The notes beneath the pieces are model-generated. The model had not been told where the DNA came from. It was given only the letters and a program-made list of their open reading frames with translations, and ran no database searches. Below are positions 1 through 10,954 of a stretch of 20,000 bases of DNA, one piece after another. The DNA lies in the NCBI RefSeq assembly GCF_004010195.1, contig NC_057719.1, positions 30,869,894 to 30,889,893 of the forward strand, given 5' to 3'. The first letter of the stretch is position 1. Every line of letters starts with the position of its first letter. The position numbers and the translations under genes are program-made. The stretch is from Chiloscyllium plagiosum. Its lineage: Eukaryota.

Positions 1-740
1 TCCTGTCAGTCAACCAATCCTCTATCCTTGCTAATACTCTATCCCTAACACCACACATCCTTATCTTATGCAGCGACCTCATGTGCGGCACCTTGTCAAT
101 GGCCTTTTGGAAATCTAGGTACACTACATCCACTGGGTCCCTGTTGTCCACCTTGCTTGAAATGTCTTCATAGAATTCCAAAAGATATGTGAAGCATGAC
201 CTGCCCTTCGTGCACCCATGCAGCGTCTGTACAACTGGAGAATTTCTTTCGAGATGTCTTGCTATTTCTTCCTTGGTAATAGACTCAAGCATCAGAGGTT
301 AAGCTCACTGGTGTTTAATTCCCCATCTTTGTCTACTTCCCTTTTTAAACAGTGGTGTCACATTTGCTATTTTCCAATCTGCTGGGACTGCCCCAGAGTC
401 CAGCAAATTTTGGAAAATTACCACCAGTCCACCTGCTATTTCTCCTCCCATCTCTTTTAGTACCCTGGGAGGAGAATTCTATCAGGGCCAGGAGTCTATC
501 CTTAGCTCTATTAGCTTATCCAACACTAACTCTTCTGTAATAATATTTGTTTCCAAGTCCTCACCTACTTCGTCTCTTCATCACTTACTGGCATGTTATT
601 AGTATCCTCCACTGTGAAGACCGATGCAAAGTACCTGTTCAATGCCTCAGCTATTTCATCATATCACATAACTAACTTCCCTTTCTCATCCTCTGAAGGA
701 CCAACATTTACTTTAACCACTCTTCTTCGTTTTATATTTG
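1..740 (-). mobile_element. CR1-clade LINE ORF2 (reverse transcriptase) fragment, decayed, running off the left edge
   Basis: Reverse strand of 1-150 translates as VDNRDPVDVVYLDFQKAIDKVPHMRSLHKIRMCGVRDRVLARIEDWLTDR, the CR1 RT motif (VYLDFxKAFDKVPH). The rest is interrupted by stops and frameshifts. Confidence 0.9.
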
Positions 741-1393
741 TTTTGGCTCCACAATTGAAAGGCAGTCCCACTCTCAAGCATTTAATGCTGCCTCCAGTAT
801 ATTATCATTGAGGGGCATCCAGACTTAAAAGATGTTCTTCCCATAATGTTCAACCCAAGTGTCTCTTGAAGTCTTCTACACCCTCTTTCTGTGCAGGTAT
901 ACTTTTTATCATTCTTGAAGTAATTGAAAAACCATTAAATTTCTTTAAACCTCATCACTTATCACTCTATTGTACAATTGTAGGGATGGCATGTACACAA
1001 GACTATATAGCTTCGCTCAGGTTTGGTTTAATGACCTCTGTCATCAGCATTTTTTGTTATGATTGCTGCCATTATCTATGGCAATACAAAGCAGCATCTT
1101 TCGTGGTAGAACAGATAACATCCTTGAGGATCTCATGATTCTGGCAAAAGGCTCACACTTTTTTGTCTTGAACCAAGGCACAGATCTTCCTGTACTCTGA
1201 GGAATTCCAATTCAGGTAATTAATTTTAATTAACATGGGAAAGTAGCTGTCTCAGCTTGCTGTCCCTTCTGATTTCCACAGTTCTTTACATTTAATTGAA
1301 TCGACCATACTATCAAGGGTTTCTCTTTTAATTCTCCCATAAGAAGGGGAATATGCCATTAAATGCCATGAACCAGTTTTGCCATCCAATGTG

Positions 1394-1542
1394 TCAAATT
1401 CTTGGAGGTCCCTCACTGGCAACACCTTAGGTGTACCTATGCCACACAGATAGCAGTAGTGTAAGAAAACAGTTCACCACCAGGGCAATTAGGGATGGAC
1501 AATAAATACTGGCCTAGCCAATGATATCTGCATCACATAAAT
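1394..1542 (+). mobile_element. 3' end of a LINE (ORF2 C-terminus plus 3' tail)
   Basis: 1394-1492 reads SNSWRSLTGNTLGVPMPHR*Q*CKKTVHHQGN*, a WNSLP-type ORF2 C-terminus. The following tail ggcaattagggatggacaataaat resembles the SINE tails at 8370-8505 and 17383-17671. Confidence 0.7.
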
Positions 1543-2039
1543 TTATCAACGTGTAATAAAATTACCATTCTATCCCTTTGATTGAAGCACAATCTCCACT
1601 TAACTATTCCTTGGTCATGCTCCAGGTACCAGTGAATATGTGAATACAACACATAATACCTCTACAATTATTCTTCAAAAATCTCTGATATAATGTCATT
1701 ATGCAGTAAAGCCAATAGAGACCAATTTTACTCAGTCATTACCTTGCCATTATTTGAATGGCTCAATCACAAAAGATGTCCTTTAATCGTGTTTCCCCCT
1801 AAGTCAAGTCTCTCTTTCAGGTCTTTTGACATTCTGACTTTTATTAGCTCATTAACATTTTAAACCTAATTCTTGGTCAAAATGAGAAAAACATGTTGAC
1901 CTTGGTACCCCAGTGTCTGGTCCAGGATTCAAAGTACTTCTGCTTTCTCTACTTGCTGTCCATGCCTCTAAAGTTCTGTTAAGGTGTTTATCTTTTCGGT
2001 TGCATGCAGCAGGTGAGCTTCTTCTTCAACCATTGCACT

Positions 2040-3155
2040 TTATGTCACGAGGGTGTTCTCACAATTCTGTTAGATAGGGTTTCCAGATATCCATCTAGCA
2101 TTAATGAAGAAACAATACCTGTCATGATTTGTGTTATTAATTGGCAGGTGGGTTTGGTTCTCTTACATTAGGGATGAAAATTGAGATGGACATTGTCTGG
2201 CACATACGTGAGTGAACATTAATTTCTAATGTTACTTGTGCATAGTACTTAACAGGCTAAGCCTGAATTTTATTCATATATTGCTTCATGGTTGAATGGA
2301 CCTGTTATCTGAAGTATTGTAACTGGAACTCAACTCTGTAAAATCATTAACAGATAATTCCACTTATGATTTTATGATGGAGAGAGGTCATTTATGAAGC
2401 GATTGAAGATGACTATACCTACATGCTATTCTGAGAAGCTGTTGCAATAATGTCTTGGGATGGACATGACTAGCCTCAAATAACCAGAACCACATTAGCA
2501 TGTGTTGAGATTACTGTAGCCAGGGACCTGTTCAGTTAGTTAGTTAGTGTTTAGGTCAGATTAATGCAAACAGGGGTTGAATCCCTGTTTTTCAATTGAG
2601 GTAAAACTGAGACCTTACACTACCTGGCATAAAAAAATCATGGCACTTTGCCATGGTTTGGTGAATACCACCAAGGATCTACCTTTGGCAAAGAAATAAA
2701 GAAGAATACTATACCCACTGGAGAATTGTCCTTTGATTCCCAATGACTTTAGTTTGAATCGAGATGCTCAGTATCATACTGTTAATGGTATCTTGAGGTC
2801 AAGAACAGTCACTTTCACCTCACCTCTGAAGTTTAGCTTTTGTGTTTGTGATTTGACCCAAGGGTGTTATAAGTCACAAGAGTTGACTGATCCCAGATAA
2901 ATCCAAACCAAGCATCACTGAACAGATTATTGATGAGAAGTGCCTCTTGATTGTGGTTTGGCCAATATTTTCCACTACTTTGCTAATGATTAAGATTATA
3001 CTGATGGGATGGTAATTAGCTAAACTGGATTGTTAAAATTATTTATGGACTGGGCATACTGTGTAATTTTTAACAATCCCAGTTAGTGACCAGTGTTGTC
3101 GCTGTAATAGAACAGATTGGTCAAGATATGGTGCATTTTGGATTACAAGCCATCA
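2040..3155 (-). mobile_element. Old LINE RT fragment (CR1/L2-related), interrupted by a SINE at 2523-2706
   Basis: Reverse strand retains degenerate, frameshifted versions of NYRPISL..IISKV (about 2975-3030), QFGF, the ALDIK region (about 2780-2830) and INDLPSII.S.V..FADD (about 2340-2410), colinear with RT domain order. Confidence 0.75.
2523..2706 (+). mobile_element. Putative tRNA-derived SINE inserted into the LINE above
   Basis: B-box/T-arm-like hairpin aaacagggg-ttgaa-tccctgttt, A-rich 3' end (aaagaaataaagaagaa), and degenerate TSD tactgtagcca (2512-2522) / tactataccca (2707-2717), 9/11 identical. The LINE resumes on both sides. Confidence 0.6.
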
Positions 3156-3624
3156 GCAGGACATTGGAGCTATCTTTATTTTCCACATTTTAGTACTGCA
3201 AATAAATGCTGACAAGCATTTATCGTCATGCTTAAACTAAACACTTGAACAACCATAATTATTTCCAAATAAATCTATATAATGTGAGCTACATCTTCAT
3301 TTCGGTACATTTCTTCTAACAGCCTGTATTTCAGAAACTAATTTAGTATTAATTAATTTCTCTATCAAATACTATGCACTTGAACAGAAACTTCCAAGGT
3401 ACAATGTAGTGATTATAATTTTCAATGCTAGAATAAGTAGGGGTCCAATATTAACGAGATTTGAGTTCTCTCAAACTAGTCTCCATAAATTCAGTTTTAA
3501 CCTTAGCTGAATTACCTTGGGAGACATTTAACAAAAGGCAAGGTATTTCCCCAGAGAGACAGAAAAAGCAACTAAAGACTGCATCAAGCTAATGTACTTT
3601 CATGTACTACTAAAATGAAGTTAG

Positions 3625-3760
3625 TTAATAGGAACATGTATGGGTTATGTAGCCATTTTGAACCATTCAACCAATTAATCACATCATGACTCTGCATTTC
3701 CAACTTCATAATGCTATTTGGTCTGAAGTCCACCTTAATTTAGTAACCTTTAATGTCCTT
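3625..3760 (-). mobile_element. Highly decayed CR1 3' tail
   Basis: ataggaacatgtatgggttatgtagccatt...atcacatcatgactctg resembles the reverse complement of CR1 3' UTR ends such as 7860-7925. The match is weak. Confidence 0.4.
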
Positions 3761-4708
3761 TCTTCTCCAGTCATAAGAATTTTCTCTTCAAAAAAAAACT
3801 TGTGAATAATAATTCTGAAGTATATGAATAATTGGATAAAATGTGATTTCAAAATATGTTCACAAAGCACTTAATGACAAGAAAATCACTCTTATACTTT
3901 TAGTTGTAATCTAGCTGTCAATAGAACCATTGAGAAAAGGTTTTCAGTTCTCACTATGGTTTTTTTAAAAGTGACAGGCACTATTATGCTTTTTTTTATT
4001 ACCATTAACAATTTCCCTGTTATTTAGATGAGTATGCCTTAAGGGGGTGTTATACTTATCCCAGGGCTTTTAGCAGGCAGGTTTAGCTTACTGAAACATA
4101 TTTTCAAGGTGATTCTCAAATGCCACATTATCAGTCATAAGGATAATTTATTCACTAGCTGTATTTGCATTTGAAGATTCTTAGTTGAAGTTTTCAAGGT
4201 AATGAAATGTTCCAGATCAAGTCCTTGCATACCATTGTATTTACAATGCTAGAAAAGTGTTGCACATTGTGAAGAATTTTTTTAAAAATCAAACATTTTC
4301 AAAACATTGAGTTATTCCTGTAGGGTACATATTTGTAATATTTCTGCATTCATTCTATTTTCTTCTAATTGTCATTTATACACCACATCAGCAAGCATGC
4401 CAATTTTATTACACAGGATTATATATGGAAATTTAAAATGATTATCTTCAATACTTGAAAAATGAGCTAAACAGCAGAATAATAGTGGCACTGCTAATTG
4501 CTCAATAATACCAATGTCAGGAACGCTAAACTATACCAAAGACTTTGACTGCTCTGATACCTGGTTTAGTTGACCTGTCTCTTCACAACAAAACTTGTCT
4601 TAGGTAGAAATAGAAGCTATGAAATAGAACCTGCATGCCAAAAGGCAACCGGATTGGTGTGTAGAGTAACGAGATAAACACTGAATGTGTAAAGGTGATG
4701 ATGTATAA

Positions 4709-5482
4709 TGTTGTGTTCCCAGCTCAAGGTAATACTGGACAAGTCAGATCCCAGAGTGAAACCTGGTAATGATAAATCATAAATTTTATTTTCCCTTTTT
4801 GTTTACTTTGATGGTCAGTTACTGAACATAATTGGAGTATGTCACCAATGTACTTTTGACAAAGGAACATTAAACACAAAAAAGAAATAAAAACATACCA
4901 TTTTACACTATACTAGAAATATTTATAATAGTCTTATTAAAAATATCAGAAATAAAGATTCAACCCCTTTAACTCAACAAAAACCTTACAGATACTCAAA
5001 CCTCAGTAAACTTCACTCCATTTCACAGTTCCTTATTTAGTAGGCAAGGATACAACTGGTTTCTGGAGCTTTCTTTTTACAGACTTTGAAGTACTTTGAA
5101 GCAAACACCTGGATTTTCTATACCCTTGGCTTCCAGCAGTTTTCTTTTTCTGGAGATTTATTCTCAGTCATTCGTGACATCTTTTTTTCTGCCCTGCCTA
5201 TTTTGAGGACATGCAAACAGCACTGCTACTGTTACAGACTTTTTTCTCTGAGTGACCTGTACCTCTCAAAGGACCCTGTACACTTCACCAAACACTGAAT
5301 AGTTCTGTCTTCATGTCTCACTGTATCATAGAATATCTTGTTGCTGAGCAACAGAAGATTGTTTTTCTACACTCATTTCCAGTGCACTGAACTGTTCACC
5401 TCAAGCTCTAAACCATGACTGTAAACCTTCATTAAAAATGCATATAGCAATAAACTTCAAACACTCCATTGCCGCTCATAGA
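4709..5482. repeat. Possible solo LTR or other interspersed repeat
   Basis: Starts tgttgtg and may end near tcataga (degenerate TG...CA ends). It is non-coding and its start resembles a repeat I recall from shark DNA. No TSD seen. Confidence 0.25.
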
Positions 5483-5749
5483 TCAAGTGTAAAATGAAAT
5501 TAAAGCTATGGCCAGAATCTTACTGGGGTCTAAATTATATGAGCTGTGGCAAAATTAGTGTCAAAATTGGATGAAAGGTACGGTGAGACTTATCTCAATG
5601 TCAGGACCATATTACTCTTTTTTAAATGCTTTTATCAACCAGTGAGGCATATTTCTCACTTTGCAGCAGCAAGTTGCGACCAAAAAGGACTATTGCTCAT
5701 TAAATATTTCGTTGACAACCCAATTCACGCCATTAGTCTGCAAGTTTTG

Positions 5750-6670
5750 GTACAGGAGAAAGTGAGGACTACAGATGCTGGGGAATCAGAATCGAAAAGT
5801 ACAGCAGGTTAGGCAGCATCCGAGTAGCAGGAGAGTCGACATTTCAGGCATAAGAGTTGAAGGGTCCCAAGGCAGAAGATGAGGCATTCTTCCTCCAGTT
5901 GTTGGGTGGTTTGGGTTTGGTGGTGGAGGAAGCCAGGACTTGTATGTCCTTTGGGGAGTGGGAGAAGGAGTTAAGTAGTCAGCCACAGGACAGTAGGGTT
6001 GTTTGGTGCGTGTGTCCCAGAGATGGTTCCTGAAATACTCCGTGGGGTGGCATCCTGCCTCCTCGATGTAGAGATGACCACATGGAGAGCAACGGACACA
6101 GTAGATGAGGTGGATGGATGTGCGGGAAAATCTGTCCTGGATGTGAAAGGATCCTTTGGGGCTTTGGATAGAGGTGAGGGGGAGAGGTGTTGGTGCAGGT
6201 TTTACACAAGGGAAGGTGCCGGCTATGGAGGGTGGGTTGGTGGGGGTATGGACCTAACGAGGGAGTTATGGAGAGACTGGTCTCTGCGGAATGCAGATAG
6301 GGGTGGGGAGGGACATATATTTCAGTCAGATCTCTGTGATCTGAAACAATGGAGGATAATGCGTGGGGTGGAAGGTGAGAATCAGCAGTTTCTATCCATG
6401 TTGTGGTTGGAGGGTTGGGGTTCAATGGTGGAAGTGCGGGAAGTGAAGGAGATGTGCTAAGGGCACTATCGATGAGGGGAAATTGTGGTCCTTGATGTTG
6501 GAGGCCATCTGAGATGTCCTGGCGTGGAATTGCTCCTCCTGGGAGCAGATACGGTGGAGGTGGGGGTATGTGAGGAGGTGCAGTCCTGGTGGCTGTGGGA
6601 GTTGGTAGGTTTGAAATAGATGTCCATGTTGAGTCGGTCGCTGGAGATAGAGATGGAGAGATCCAGGAAA
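5750..6670 (-). mobile_element. Penelope-like element (Poseidon-type), 5'-truncated and internally deleted: RT C-terminus, GIY-YIG endonuclease and terminal repeat
   Basis: Reverse strand gives FLDLSISISSDRLNMDIYFKPTNSHSHQDCTSSH (PLE RT motif DIYxKPTxSH..LxxxSxHP) at about 6570-6670 and HLIYCVRCSPCGHLYIEEAG...YFRNHL (GIY-YIG: IYCIxC..C..YIGET...RF.EH) at about 6020-6110. TSD is tctgcaagttttg (5737-5749) / tctgcaagctttg (6671-6683), 12/13 identical. Confidence 0.9.
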
Positions 6671-6699
6671 TCTGCAAGCTTTGTATCATCAGGAAGGAG

Positions 6700-7523
6700 A
6701 TCACATCTGGAGTGAGACACAGCCTGATTGAATATATGGTTCAGGAGACAGCATGGGAATAGAACTGGTAAACCTTTCTTTTTATTCTCTTTTTTTTAAA
6801 GTTTAAAATTCACTAGGTTATTTGAAAGGTTAATAAGGTAGCCAACTGAGAGACAGTTATTATTAAATCACCTGAGCCATGAATAGGGCCTTAATTGATT
6901 TTGATTACTATTGAAGCTTAACTTGAGAGAGTTATCTCAGCTCATCTTAGTTCTATTTAAGAGGGAGACTGTTGAAAATGCAAAATCAGTAAGCTTCATG
7001 CAGTTAGGAAGGGGAGATCACATTCCAAATGAGTTTGGGGAATTTGGAAGTATGGTGGGAATTCAGTGCAGAGGGGAAGAGGTATTTTTTGATTTTTGGT
7101 TTGTAAGGTTTTTGATAAGTAGGATAACTTGAAGCCCAGGATCAGGGGGCCCAATACAAATGAAAGAGTGACATCACGTGAAAACTGTAAGTTCATTGGC
7201 TGGTAATACTTGCTAATTTGACTATCTATTATGTGATCTTCAGATTGAAGGCAATTCAGACAAATATTTACAGATTACAAACTAAAAGAGCAATTAGGAA
7301 ATATTTAAAAACAAACTAAGAAGTGAGCAAATGAAATAGAGATGCAGGGTCAGGTGAATATGTAGTACCAGCATGATGTGGAAGCTGGTGGACTCCATTG
7401 TGACACATCTGTAGCAAGTGCTGGTTGCTTGAGAAACTCTGGCTCAGAGTTGATGAGCTGGAGTATGAACTTTGAGCACTGACACATCAGGGAGGGGGAC
7501 AATTACCTGGATGCTATCTTTCA
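6700..7523 (+). mobile_element. CR1 LINE 5' region and ORF1 N-terminus (zinc finger / leucine zipper)
   Basis: From ATG 7342 the frameshifted reading is MQGQV...MMWKLVDSIV..HICSKCWLLEKLWLRVDELEYEL*AL.HIREGDNYLDAIF, a CxxC plus heptad repeat typical of CR1 ORF1. The extent of the 5' UTR is a guess. Confidence 0.7.
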
Positions 7524-7930
7524 TATGAAGAGCAGTTGAGGACTCTGGATCTGTACTTGGTGGAGTTTAAAAAGAAGAGAGGTGATCTCATTGAAATTTG
7601 TAGAATACTGAGAGGTCTGGTTAGAGTGAATGTGAACATTTTTCAACTCAGGGTAGAAACTAGGACCTGAGGGCACAGTTTTAGTGTAAAGAGATGACCT
7701 CTTTAGAACTGAGGTGAAGAGGAAATCATTGCCAAAGAAGGCTGTGGATGCTGAGTCACTTTGTGCATTTGAGATGGAGGTAGATGGGTTCTTGATGAGT
7801 GTAGAGATCAAAGGTTATGGAAGAGAAGGAAAGAGAATGGAGTTGAACATTATATCCCTCATAATTGAATGGCAAAGCAGATCTGATAGATTAAAAAGCC
7901 TCATTCTGCTTCTAATACCTTATGTTTATT
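7524..7930 (+). mobile_element. CR1 LINE ORF2 3' end and 3' UTR
   Basis: Reads YEEQLRTLDLYLVEFKKKRGDLIEICRILRGL, then SLPKKAVDAESLCAFEMEVDGFL, and ends in a CR1-type tail ctgcttctaataccttatgtt. Confidence 0.9.
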
Positions 7931-8369
7931 AATTTTCTGCTTCCTATTTTAACAATTGCATTGAACAAGCTAGATGTCAAGAAATCTCAATATGGAAATT
8001 ACCTTGGAAATAGCTGACAACTTCAGCACACAGCTTATACTAAAGAACATCCACATTGTTAGAACCAAACAGCAACTGCAGGCATGATCCACTGGCACTT
8101 GCCATATACACCCCTCATCCATGGAGACTGGCATTTGCCAACTCCCTCACAACCATGATTCCACTTCTTCTTTGTACTTGCAAGCTACTCAAGTATAACA
8201 GAATTACATTGCAGGGCATTATGGCAACTAACTTGAAAGGCTGCAGCAAGGACATGTTATGTACAGGAACTCAGGTCATGGATTGGACAAGTCTGAATCT
8301 CAGGGCTGCTCACTTGCTCTCCTAGAGTTTACTCACTTACCACCTACCCTCATGTTTGCATCATCCATG

Positions 8370-8505
8370 CCTTATTCATGGGATGTGGGCATCATTTATA
8401 GTTCATCCTTTATTGCTCTTGAACTGAGAAACTTCAGAAGGCATTTCTGTGGATCTGGAGCCATGGTTAGGCCAGACCAAGTAAGGACGGTATATTTCCT
8501 TCCCT
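8370..8505 (-). mobile_element. 3' fragment of the same SINE family as 17383-17671
   Basis: Reverse complement agggaaggaaat...ccttacttggtctggcct...ctccagatccacag...ctgaa aligns by eye to 17543-17620. It is followed by the tail gagcaataaaggatg...gatgcccacatcccatgaataa. Confidence 0.75.
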
Positions 8506-8640
8506 CAATTGGGAGCCTGTTCTCAGCCCAGTCAAGGGGGCAGCTAGTGTCTGTCAAGATTTCCTGATATCATCAGTCATTGACAGCTTACACAAGGTCC
8601 AGAAGCTTGCTCATGGTCAGTCATCCACTTGGCTCATTCA

Positions 8641-9120
8641 TGTAGAGTCAAAGAGCATGGAAACAGACACTTTGATCTGACCAGTCCATGCCGAACAAAT
8701 CCCAAACTAAATTAGTCCCACCTGTCTGCTTCTGGCCCATATGCCTCCAAACCTTTCCTACTCATGTACTTATCTAAATGTCTTTTAAACATTGTAACTG
8801 TGCCTGCATCCACCTCCTCAGGAAGTTCCTTCCACATGTGAACCACCCTCTGTGTTAAAAAAAACTGCCGTGTCTGTTTTCTTTTTAAATCTCTCTTCTC
8901 TCTCATTAAAATATATGCCCCATCCTATGAAAAGGACACGTTAATGCTGCTCATGATTATATAAATATCTAAAAGGTCACTTCTTAACCTCCCATGCTCC
9001 AGTGAAAAAGGTCCCAGCCTATCCAGCCTTTCTTTATGACTCAAATCTTCCATATCCAGCAACATCCTGGTAAGTCTCTTCTGAATCATCTCTAGCTTAA
9101 TAATATCCTTCCTATAACAG
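8641..9120 (-). mobile_element. CR1 (HER1-like) LINE 3' end
   Basis: The ORF track gives PCYRKDIIKLEMIQKRLTRML...ERLDRLGPFSLEHGRLRSDL and FFLTQRVVHMWKELPEEVDAGTVTMFKRHLDKYM. The 3' tail lies at 8641-8690. Confidence 0.92.
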
Positions 9121-9489
9121 GGGATTTGTCCAGCTACAGTCTGGGAAATTGGCAAGCACCAGTGCAATAACGCTTGTAGAACCAGCCAGAGGAATTGCAT
9201 ATTGTTTGCTTAAGTTAGCAGTTACGTGTTTGTTATTTCCTGACTAGAGGTTTTTCATCAAAACTGGTCAAAAGTCTGGGGTGAAAATAATCCTGGATGT
9301 CCATTGGTCAATCATGAAGGGGGGTTTTATAGGAGAAGCTGGGGTATTACCTCAAAATGAAGTCAAGAATGAAGGCTTGGGGGAGTGGGGAGGAAAGAGG
9401 CATTGCAGTGGTGAGGATAAGGTTGATGGGGGAGTTTCATGTGTGTGGAACATCAGAGGGCATGGTAAAATGTTGGGTTGGGGTGCAGT

Positions 9490-9640
9490 GACAGTATTAA
9501 TGACCTTGGCCTCCACAGGGGAAGCAGGGTGGGCATAAATAAGTTGCAAGCCAGGTTTCAGGGGACAGGACATTTATAGGTGAAGTTCACTGTTATAGGT
9601 CGCCACATGGTGAGGTAGGGGAAATGGGCTTTCAGTGGTG
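9490..9640 (-). pseudogene. Possible N-terminal remnant of a second PIF/Harbinger transposase
   Basis: Two reverse frames give HFPYLTM...VNFT and LKPGLQLIYAHPASPVEAKVI, similar in order and spacing to Harbinger transposase N-termini (HFSYL...LRFT...LQPxLQ...ALPVEVKVT). Confidence 0.4.
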
Positions 9641-10954
9641 TGAAGTAAAAGGGGAACATGAAGGTTATGCAGGGTGTACCTTGCAATCAGGTAGAGCCTG
9701 GTGCAGGCAGTACCACGACAAATTGTTTCCTCCCATCACTTGCCATTCTCTAGCTGCAATGTGCTTCTGGTAGCGAGAACACTCAAGTAACAAATACGTG
9801 AAGCAGTTGGTTGCAAACTTCTGCTATATCTAATTTGCAATCATTTCATTGCTCGTTTGTTTTGCATTTAGAGTGAAGGTGCTTAAGCTTACTTGTATGT
9901 TTGCAGCATTTATGCCATGACTGTTCACACATTGGCATTCAGACAGAGGCAAACAATATCAGTACAGTGGGGGAGGGATATCCTGTTGTATCGCACACCA
10001 AGACCTCCATCTAACACCTATAGCATGAGTCAGCTACCAATGGCAAATAATCTGGATGTACATTCAACCAAATGGCTATTTTAGCACCTGGTGTGGGACA
10101 GTCCTCAGCCAAATGGGAATGGTTGTCACTAAGGGGTCTGGGTACTGTCAGTCACGATTATAGCCTGGACATAATCAGGGGTTTTGCTGTTGCCTGCTCA
10201 GGGTTCAGTTCTCTAGGGTCAGAACATGCAAACAGGGTAAATAGTCAGTTTGGGAGGCTGCAAATAGTGCAGTAAGGGGTCTCATCAGTTCTGTCTAAGG
10301 GCTCTTGTTGAAGTCAGTCAGAAGTCTGGGGTAAATACAATCTTGGGAGCCCGTTTATTGAACATTCAGAAGGGTGCAAACAACCTATTAGGGCAGCAGG
10401 AAAATCAATGCCAGAAAGGGCAGGGAGTCAAGGCTGGGGGTAACAGCAGTGGCATTTGTGGCCTTGGGGTCAGGATGATGACAGGAGAGACACCAGGTAT
10501 GATGGGACATTTACAGAGCAGCATCAGAGAGTATGGTTGGCTTCAGGAGGAGGGATGGTGGCAGTGACCACCATTGGGACACTTAGAGAAGCTAAATGGT
10601 TATCATTAAGGTGTATGTTCAGGGTGTAGAATGGATAGTTGATGAATTTCAATATAGATCTCTGTGCAAGGAATGGGTAGGAATAGCTTTTGGCATTGTG
10701 CACAGACACTATGTAGGTTAGTTGGTGACCAAGTGGGGCACAGTGTTATTGGTTTCCTCCACAAGCTGTGTTCTGTACCATCATTTAGGGTTTCCTAGAT
10801 TTTAAGTGCTACTAGAAAATGATTGGGATAACTAGAATGGACAGAGTGAGTGTTAGGTGAAAGTAGCAGAGCCACATTTTGCAAAACACTGCAGAACACT
10901 GTAGCAACAAATGGCAGACATTTGCAAAGCCCAGCTAAATTTATTTTACAATGG

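Noticed and set aside
886..1221. Apparent exon: acceptor tttctgtgcag (ends 897) and donor cag|gtaatt (about 1215), overlapping ORF 866-1138
   Set aside because: All three forward frames contain stops between the sites and the peptide resembles nothing I recognise.
5510..5736. ggccagaatctt start resembling a DNA-transposon terminal inverted repeat
   Set aside because: I found no convincing matching inverted end or TSD in the window.
6684..6697. CUGAUGA box on the minus strand next to the Penelope element
   Set aside because: It lies outside the TSD and has no stem II or GAAA box at the right spacing, so it is probably chance.
5979..6704. 241-aa Pro-rich ORF and the antisense 153-aa ORF 5999-6460
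   Set aside because: These are off-frame and antisense readings of the C-rich Penelope coding strand. The real motifs lie in other frames.
8520..8640. Myb-like peptide on the minus strand (KWMTDHE / KLLDLV*AV)
   Set aside because: Too short and degenerate to support without an HMM search.
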